From contig CM074806.1 of assembly GCA_037447605.1 (NCBI GenBank), forward strand, positions 3,720,001 through 3,784,000: DNA of 64,000 nt, read 5' to 3'. The stretch is from Zygnema circumcarinatum SAG 698-1b. Lineage: Eukaryota; Plantae; Zygnematophyceae. Positions 55,401 through 64,000 of the stretch are shown here, one piece after another. The notes below the pieces were generated by a model. It saw nothing but the letters and a program-made list of their open reading frames with translations, was not told the DNA's origin and ran no database searches. Each line of letters opens with the position of its first letter. Position 1 is the first letter of the stretch. The position numbers were made by a program, and so were the translations under genes.

Positions 55401-58400
55401 ATCAAAACCATAGTCTCACTAATATTGCCCAATGCCCGATTTTTGTGGGGTGAACACGGGGGTCTATAGGATGCATATATCGCCTGCATGCACACCTTCT
55501 TCCTTGACGTTACGATGCTCCACGTAAGTCAAGTCCAGCTCCTTCATTACCGCTATGATGTCTCCAACAAGAGCATCATAGATGACCTGCACCAGATGGC
55601 CATCGCCTGCATCGCCTCTTCCTGTCGAATCTCCTTCAGCAGGCGAATCCATGGCTGCCGGGTGTGCTTCCAGCGCCGAGGCGCGATTGCTGCCATATGG
55701 GCTGAGGAGATGGAGCCACAACTTCACGTACTGCGGCCACAGCTGAGTCGTTCGATCTCCGGGAGGACCGTTAAAGGGCGATATGGCTCGCTCAAGGCAG
55801 GAGTGCACTGACACGTGTCATCAAAGCACACCCTTTGCAGGCTCAGTAGAAGGCCTATATTTTTCTCTCCTTCTCGGGACGAAACGAACCCAAAGTAGAG
55901 CGGAACGTGCGTAGTATATGGGCCAGTTTTGCTGGAGGTGGCTTGCCTGTGCTGGTCACAAAGAGATTGAAAGCGGAGCCCTTCTGGTACAGAGCTGAGA
56001 GTAAATCCCTTATTGCAGCATGCACACGAGGTTGCTGTTTGGGCCAGAGCTCAGGGTACATGTAGAATATGATGACAGAAACCTGTAGAAAGAGAACATT
56101 CATCAGCTTTACAGCAAACCAAAAGAATCTACAGAGATGATTCAGGTGTGACAGCAAGAGGAAAAAGCAGAAACTAGGGTACCTGCGTGATGAAGGCAAG
56201 CATTGAATCCTCTATGTTGTCCAAGTGCACGCATATATCTGCGAAGGCCTGCACCGATGTAATTCCATGGGCCAGAGTTTCTCCCATTTTTCCCTCAACT
56301 GCCCTGCCAGCCAACACTATCAACATACTTTCAACATCATCGTCCACATGGGCAACATACGCAAATGGTGGATCTCAATAATCGACAGTTACGTCGCAGT
56401 AAAACACGTTTTACCCATAGACTTCTGCGCATACGATGCATACAGAACAGCAAACTTTGTATCGCGTTCAAAGTTTTTGCGAGGAAAGTCGACGCCAAAC
56501 GCTGTATAAAAGAGTTTGCTGTGTTATGCAGTACATGGAAATACCTGACTGCTCCCCCAAATGGAACGAGTCGACGAAGCACCTCGCTGAGCTCCTCTTT
56601 TCCAGAAAATCGCATGATTGCAGGCGCCATGCGACCAATCGCGAGAATAGCCGTCGAGACCTTCTTGTATTCCTCATTAGGTTTATTCAGAATGCTTAAA
56701 AGCTCTCCCATTAGCGCCTGCAATTGCTCACAATCAGCTCGAAATCCTTCGGGAAAGCTCCAACGTTTCCAGCTTTCCCGTTAATGCTTAAGTTGACACG
56801 TGCGACCATAGGAGCACAACTGACCTTGTATCTTTCGGAACGACTCGTCACTCGTGCGTCACCATTCACGAGGCCCTTCGAAATCTGGGGAAAGCAACAC
56901 ACGCATGCGCACAAACAATGGCTTAGAAAAAATGGTTTTCTCATTGGATACTGATACACTACCATCAAAATCAGAAGAGGTGAAAGGAGCATCTTCTTAC
57001 CTGAATTATGACAGCGTCCAACGCAAGGAGGGCCGCATCACGGACCGGTGCATTTGGATGTAAGCTGTTACATGTCCCGCTCCAACAGGTCAGGAAAGCA
57101 GGTCAATCCAGTCAGTCTGCTCGCACTGACTGCAAAAGAAGGCATCCGAAAGAATGTGTCAAGCTTTCAAACTCAAGTCCGTTTGGAAACAGCAAGTTAC
57201 AGAATTGAGACTCGAAAGCTAAAAGGTCAAACAGCGGATCACCAGAGAGTCTGCAGAGAGGTAAATAGCAGAACCGCATCGTCTAAAATCTGAAGCCAAA
57301 ATCTCTCCGCATGGCGAGCTAGTAGGCGAAGGCCAGCTGTCCAATATCGAATTGCAGCATGTTAAGTTACGGTGGTTCATATGCACATAATTCCGCATGC
57401 ATTAGTAAAAGCCCAATAAACCAAATATGAGAAGGTTCCATAGAACTCCAAAGCTCTGCATCATCGAAAGCTCCATAGACTTCAGACAGTAAAATGGACT
57501 TCTAGTCGCCAACTTGTCCCAAAAAAAGGGCACGCTTTGCCTCACCTTTAAGAATGTCATATCGTGAGTGTTCGCCATAGATGACAGCCCCCTTGACATA
57601 GAAATAAATCTTCTTTGAGCTCTCCACTGTGCCTGGCGGAGCCATACCAAAAATAAGGTTAGTCTAAAGAGAAATAGAAACAGCACGGGCATTTCAAGTT
57701 TGATGTGCAGCAATTACCTCCTGCTGGTTCAGCTCCATCGAACCATGTCATAAGAGAGTCGAGACATCGAATGCTTCCTGCAATGAGTACGCGGGAGCTA
57801 TCGCTTTTGTCTGCAAGTGTGAGAATGTGTAGCGCCATCTTCACCAGTGCGTGAACCCGCTCCTCCGTGAACAATGAAGGGAAATACTCCAGAAAGTAGC
57901 CAAGCAGGACCAGAATCTGAGCTTGTACTGCAAAACAGATCAAAGTTTTCGGCCATGAATTTGTTATTGTAGCATTGAACACCGCTCGCCGCTCTTACTG
58001 AAAATACACTACAAACAGCTTGCAACGCCAAATACTAAGTGAGCTCAAGGACATAATGCAGAAAACTGTTCAACATGATTCTGCGCCCTCACACGTGTTT
58101 GCATGCTTGGCTCGCATAGAGTGCCTCTCCAACATATCGATTGTCGATGGCGTAACGCCGAGCTCGACGGGATTGAGAGGAGAAAGCCGCATTTCAAAAA
58201 TTGAAAGTAGTGGAGATAGAGCGGCTGTTTTAACTGAATTCGATTCATCTCGCCTGAAAATGTCCAGACAGTGTTCCTGCATAGACCGTGATAACAACAA
58301 GCGAATCCCTCTGTCACACGCGTGTCCCGTTTTTGCATATTTCTGAAAAAGTCCGCAGATGACTCGTAGAAAGTATGTGAGCTGTGCCTCAAATATCATT

Positions 58401-58866
58401 TTTTCGGAAAGTGCAAGCCTTGGAATGTTTACGTACTTCGTCCATGGAACATGGAAAGTGGGACATAGAACATGGAACATGAAGCATGCTATCCTCGACC
58501 ATGAGAATTAGGATGGTATGCTGAAATGCAGCTCACCTTAATGGCCGCCAAGTGCGATCTCACTCCTTTCCCCACCTTCTCCACCCAAGCCCTCACAAAC
58601 TGCAGCGCCTGCTCTCGCACCTTTGCACCAATGCGCCCCTTCACCTCCAGGGCCGCCTCAATGGCAGAAAAAATCCCCTCTTCCTCATCAAATATGAGAG
58701 AAGTGGCGAACGAAATCTCCTCATCGCTCAAGAGCTGCAGACACGTCTCTCTCACATCTGCAAGGGCAGCGAGGAGCCCCTCACCTCCTGCCGCGGGAGG
58801 CGCCTCCTTCGCCCGCTGCTGCAGGAGAGCCATGGCGCTCAGCAGCCGTTCCTCCATAGCCGCCAT
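40454..58866 (-). CDS. PRKDC: DNA-dependent protein kinase catalytic subunit (PIKK), multi-exon, apparently full length; exon 1 is 58866-58537 and the last exon ends at the stop at 40454
   Basis: A chain of minus-strand ORFs gives HEAT-type helical regions, RRYRTG|ELPDIQIKHSEL (DNA-PKcs-specific), FAT, kinase motifs (FVVKGGEDLRLDERVQQLF, GVGDRHLNNFL, IDFGMSFG, LQPFRLTRQ) and FATC ([26 protein letters not shown]). Not every internal junction was resolved. Confidence 0.93.
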
Positions 58867-59229
58867 GGCTAGCCAGGTGGCTCTCTCTTACAGCGACACG
58901 TGTCTGCCACGCACATTCGTAGTGCCACGTGGCAAGCCCTCTCTGCGACACGTGGAATCCTAGTCGTGAAGAATGCGCCACGTGGCAGCATTCGCCTTTC
59001 CCCCCCCCGTCAGCTCGTCCCCTCGCTGGGAGGGAAGGTCGGCCCGCGTGGCGGGCACGCCTCTGGCCCTGTCCGAAGGTCCCAATTTGTGCACCAGCAT
59101 AGCATGTTGCAGCGTGCTTGCATGGGAAACAGGTGTTCTTTTTGAGCGATTCTTGAATTGTTCAGTCTGGATGAATGCATTTGAGCATAAAAATGCTCAT
59201 TTGAACCTTTTTCGCAGGGCAATGAAGTT

Positions 59230-60107
59230 GCATTGATCTCACGATGGCGATGATGCGCCATCGAATGTGCATGCACAAAATCATGATGGGGAACCACGAG
59301 GAACTGGTTGCAAGGGACCTAAGAAGAGTGTTTCAATAGGAGCACATGTGCGGATGTGCGCGACCTTTTTTCTGCATGTGATCATCAGGCGACGCATTCG
59401 GAAGGCCGTCGCCCCGGATGGCACCGCCGGCGCATTCCGGCCGCATGCGAACAGGCACATGGACAGGTGATGGATGAATAGGCACTGAACTCCTTCGCGA
59501 CGGCGAGGCCATCAGGGGGCGGTATGCTGGACGGCAGAGACCGAGGGTCGCCTCTCGCTACCGAAGCGACTGGGTTAAAGGCCGGAATCCGGCCGGATTG
59601 AAGGCAAGTGAAAGAAATCAAATGCTAAATGCACGATGCAGGACGTCAGGATGCAGTAAATACGCCCTGCATTCTGCGTTTCACATTTTGCGTTCAATTC
59701 TGCATTTTCCGTCTGAATGCAAAAAACAGAGTGTATGATGGGGAACGCATAACAGACTTGAACAGGAGATGTTGATTTTGCATACAGAATGAGAACTACA
59801 GGAAATAAAAGATTTAGAGAAAGCAGTGGCTTCATCCACAGGCAGCCGGTCGCATCCCGGTCGAGCGGCAGGCGTGGGACCTCCCCTTCCCGGACTGGCT
59901 CGTCCCACTACGAGGCGGCGTAAGCACGCGCTTTCGCTTCTTCATTCAGCTGGTCGGTCACAGCGAGCGTGTCTGACGCAGAGCTTCGATCATAGCTGTT
60001 TTCTTTCATCTTTAGGTCCTCTGTGACCCCTTCCTCGTGGTTCTCCATGGTGTTTTTGTCCATGTACTTTCTATATACATAATTGGCATTGATTTCACGA
60101 CGGCGAT
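59230..60107. mobile_element. Cluster of ends and fragments of the GGCATTGATCTCACGATGGCG MITE family
   Basis: Family ends at 59230 (+), 59481 (+), ~60006-60067 (-) and 60085 (+). Confidence 0.55.
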
Positions 60108-60250
60108 CAGTGGCGGACCTACATATGCAAGTTGGGGGCTTAGGTCTCCCGCAGATTTTGAGAATTTAGCTTTGTTTTCTTTTATCTTATGTATTTTATG
60201 CTAAAAGAGGGCTTAGCCTCCCCTCAGCAATTGTCCTGGATCTGCCACTG
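60108..60250. mobile_element. Short MITE-like element with CAGTGGC(G/A)GA ends
   Basis: CAGTGGCGGACC ... GGATCTGCCACTG inverted ends; no TSD recognised. Confidence 0.45.
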
Positions 60251-60711
60251 GCAGTCACATCCTTAAGACGAATGAAAAAACGACGAGTTGAAATTTACTT
60301 TCTAGGCTGAACACCGCTTCAGGCCCTTCCTCGAAGCAGCCGCGAAGGTCGGCGATGTGCTCGCGGCACATCGCGCGGAGGGAGGGCGAGGCGGAGGACC
60401 GCCGGACGGCCGCCCCAAACCACGGCGCTCCGGAGCGAGGCGAGGGCGACGCTGAAGGGCGGCGGATGACCACGCGCGGTCGAGAAAAGGCGCCGAGCAG
60501 GCGTCGGCCGCCCGTCCATGAGGGAGGGAGGGAGAGCGGGCAAAGGGGAGGGCGGTCAGACCCCTCGCTCGCTCGCCGTGAGCGGTCGGGCGGGGGTGGG
60601 GGGGGGGGGTGTGGGGGGGAGGGGGCATAATGTCAATGTTGTGCCTCGCGTTGCATCAATGCCTTAAACATTACACATGTAAACATAAAAATACATGGGT
60701 AGTATGATAAA

Positions 60712-61230
60712 GGATGACTATATACCGCCCCCCTTTTTGGGTTATCCCGCCCCTGTTTTTTTTTCTAAATCCCACTCTCCCATTTTGGCTATTCCGCCCC
60801 TCCCATTTTGGGATATCCCGCCCCCTACGTTGGACATTCCCCCCTTCTTTTCTCCTTCTCACACATCAGCGCAACGTCCGTAAAGACATTCGCAAAGAGA
60901 GAGCAGAGCAGAGAAGAGAGGGAGAGAGAAAAAGAGATCTCTCTTTCTCTCTTGAAGAGCAAAGGAGGGAGAGAATCAGTAGAGGAGAGAGCGCAGAGGC
61001 GAGAGAGAGCGCGCAGAGGAGAGAGTACAAGAGAGAGAGAGAGAGCAGAGAGAGACTAGAGGAGAGAGCAAAGGAGCGAGAGAGGAAGAGCAGAATCTCC
61101 TCCCGAAATATCCAAAATGGGGGGGGGATAGCCAAAATGGGAAGGGGGGCAGAATAGCCAAATTGGGAGACTGGGATTTCAAAATAACAAGGGCGGGATA
61201 ACCAAAAAAGGGGGCGGTATATAGTTCTCC
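60712..61230. mobile_element. Non-autonomous long-TIR element (MULE/hAT-like) with a perfect 8-bp TSD and a GA-rich core
   Basis: Ends GGATGACTATATACCGCCCCC and GGGGGCGGTATATAGTTCTCC, ~120-bp imperfect inverted arms, and ATGATAAA on both flanks (60704-60711, 61231-61238). Confidence 0.8.
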
Positions 61231-61914
61231 ATGATAAACCATTACGGTGATAATGTTTAATGTTGAAGGCATGGGCTGGTACTGTACCGTTCAAGCGTAC
61301 GGCACATGATCCGGATCTACGTAGATCTAGATCCACTCGAGTGCGGATCAGTTCAAGACACGTGTCAACGCGCCATTAGTCACTTAGTGGATGAGTTTAC
61401 ACTGGCAATGACGGTCTCACGACGGCCACCAGTTTCAAAAAAGGCCACAAATACCAAACAGCGTCGCCAATCCCAGTTGCCCACGTACGCAATTTATCCT
61501 ACGTGGCGTCCAATTATTGGGTGATTTGAGTATATCTAAAAGAAAAGCAACCAGGTCTTAAACTCGGCTCGCGCGACGAGGCCAAGTTTGCAACCTGCAA
61601 ACTTGGGGGGTTTCGCAGTGTTTTTGGGTACAAATGACATTAGGGCTTGCCCTGGCCCTCCCTCCCTTGTCCTCCAGTCCCTAGAGTCCGTCCACAAGGG
61701 AAGCTGCGTTTGCCGGACGGAGGGAGCAGCCAGGGGGAGGAGGCAGCTGGAAGGGCGGCGACGCCATGGCCGCGACGGGTGCTTCAAACACGCCATAGTC
61801 TGCTTGAAGCCTTTCTGCGACCGTAGGAAGCAGTAGCCGTCGAGTCACTGCAGTTCACGCCTTGTATTTCGCTTCTTTAAGCCTCGTGCTCTCCATTCCT
61901 TGCAGCAGGCAGCA

Positions 61915-63925
61915 ATGGACACGCTTGCCCTGCCTGCCGCCCGTTTTTTGCTCCCCCACGTTTCTTCTCAGCGCTTTGAGAAAATAGGCCCCATTTTAAA
62001 ATCACAGAGGCCTCAGCCGCTCCTCTCTAGTGTTTGTTATCTGCGTATGGAGTCATCGCTTAGACAGGCTTCTATAAATTCTGGCGTTCGAAGTGTTATA
62101 GATAGCACCGCTGCGATGAAGTTAGTCGCCGCGTCTAGAATTCCTTTCTTCTCCAAGTTGAGCTGTTTCTTCTGTACTCCGCAAGGACTAGGGGTCGGCC
62201 TTAGAGCTCGCTCTCGGTCTGATGCGGTTTTTGGCTCACTGAGAAAAACTAAAGGTCAGAGAGCTCTTCGTTTCCTTGTTGAAGCAAAATTTAGAGTTTT
62301 GATGTGTGCTTTGCTTTGTGATCGTCCTATTAACCGTGCAGAAATGCCTTGCTCTGCAGTTTACCGAAATAGCTATTGTTCTGCAATTAAATCATCCCTA
62401 GCGCAATTATGTGATTAACATGGTGATAAGGACCAAGTGATAAGGAGAGCAAAGTGAATTTTCCTATATTGTTTGTACAAAGGAGTTTTACTTAACCCAT
62501 TCCTATGCGTCTCGTCCGGGTAACCCAAAAAACGTCGTTCGAGCAGAGTTACATAGGGTAAGCCATGCAATATGAAATGCATGCATGCCACTGTCTTAGC
62601 CGATGGCCATGAACCTCAGACATTTTGAAGCTCTATATGTCTTTCACTTAATTCACCCATCCTGGAAGCTCCATTCTGCTTTTCGACGCTACTGATCGCT
62701 CTTCAAATGTATCCTGACCATTCGATTTTCTCTTTGGACTTAATTACAGGAGAGGTTTATGTGCAACATGGTGCCAAGCGGAGTTTTATATGCCGAGCCT
62801 ACAAAAATCCATCAAGCGATTCTCAGTCACCTTTGCAGCAGGAGCGGGCACCAACAACCCCACTTGATCAGCTCTATCCCTCAAATGGAGCAACTGATGC
62901 ATCAAGTCTTGAAGAGAGTCGACCGCTCTCTGACAAGTCTGAAGACGATTTTGCTGACACCATCGGGGAAAATGGAAAGCCCCTGCATTTCGAGAACGCT
63001 GTTGTGGAGCCGCCCCCTCGACTTCGCTCCAAACGATATCGGAATAATGTGCTTTGGCTCCTTGGTCTCCGACTGCAACTAAAGAGAGAGATTGAAAAGG
63101 TTCTGAAGAGTGAACTTTCGAGGCGCGTCGTTGTCACCATGTTCTTCTTGGCCCTTAGTCGAGTGGGACAATGCGTTCTTCTTCCTGGTTTTGATCGACA
63201 GTTGTTGACCGCATCGAGGGGTCCGCGTGGAGGGGATGCTGGTGAGTTAGCTTCATTTGCGATGGTTGCCATAACTTGAGCCATTTGCGATCGTATGAAT
63301 TCACAGGAGTGCGTTAGACCTGAGCTACACTCTCTATTGCATCTTGATGAAGTAGTTCTTGCTATTTTCTAACGACGTGTTGTGAGGTTCACGTACTAGG
63401 ACATCGTCTGTGATCCTGTACAATGCATCCGCAAGGTATCTTTCAGTAGTTTGGCGCAGGTTCCTCCAGCGTTTCATACTTTTGAGGTGCTTCATGAGCT
63501 ACGCTTTAGTAACAAAGTCAATTGAAACAAAATGGATAGAAGGACATGCAGGATCAGTCTTCGTGTTCACTGTACCTTGAACCTTTCATATTGCAGTGAC
63601 CTTAACCATAGCCTGGTCTTAGTATGCCCGTTTGACCACATATGCAGGACGTACATAGATTGTTAACTTTGGTCAGACAAGCCAAATTCTTTCCTATCAT
63701 TTCCATAGTTGGAAGGAATGGCCTGTTCATTCCTTTTTGTGTTTGTTCAATCATGTTTTGTACAAGGACACACAAGATCATAGCTGTCCTCAGGTGATCC
63801 TTCCTGATACATGTTTGGGGGCTCGATATGCAGCCGGTCTTGAGGAATTGCTGCAGTCAGGAATACCGGTGAACCTTTTCCATATTGGATTGTTTCCATT
63901 CATCTTCGCCTCCGTCTTCGTAGAG
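61915..63925 (+). CDS. SCY2: Plastid inner-envelope SecY2 translocase (SCY2), 5' part; exons 61915-62254, 62750-63241, 63834-63925; continues beyond the window
   Basis: Transit-peptide-like N-terminus, then KSELSRRVVVTMFFLALSRVGQCVLLPGFDRQL and VNLFHIGLFPFIFASVFVE, which resemble SCY2 (KSEIRRRLFVT..LSRVGYFIPLPGFDRR; LSLFQLGLSPQI; recalled, not searched). Phase-1 GT-AG junctions. Confidence 0.8.
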
Positions 63926-64000
63926 GTTTGTCCCAATTTTATTGCCTCAAGGCGGGCAACTGTATTTGGTATGGAAAGTATCTATACAAGTTTGGCTGAC

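Noticed and set aside
40820-58963. Numerous plus-strand ORFs over PRKDC (e.g. 42905-43603, 48311-48946)
   Set aside because: They are antisense shadows of long coding exons, with no independent motifs.

Overview
Eukaryotic, intron-containing green-plant (streptophyte) genomic DNA. GRAS together with DNA-PKcs, SCY2 and NCA1 points to a zygnematophyte alga or a bryophyte-grade plant; this is inference. I reconstructed 11 protein-coding genes by hand from ORFs and splice sites: an NCA1-like 3' end, a C2-type phospholipase D, a renalase-like FAD oxidoreductase, a PX-domain EREX-like protein, a five-bladed beta-propeller glycoside-hydrolase-like protein, two tandem secreted LRRNT-trypsin-like protease genes, an intron-containing GRAS factor, mitochondrial PDH E1-alpha, an apparently full-length DNA-PKcs (~18.4 kb, minus strand) and the 5' part of SCY2. 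Intergenic DNA holds nested TIR elements and MITEs, palindromic arrays, satellites and a 738-bp pure (TC)n tract. The two most striking observations are: (1) the tandem genes in which LRR-receptor-type 5' exons (signal peptide, LRRNT cap, vestigial LRR exon) are joined to an intronless trypsin-fold protease with an intact catalytic triad; (2) the 10-bp palindrome GCCACGTGGC, found 12 times, including four times inside coding exons. All exon models and counts are manual and were not checked by database search or transcript data.
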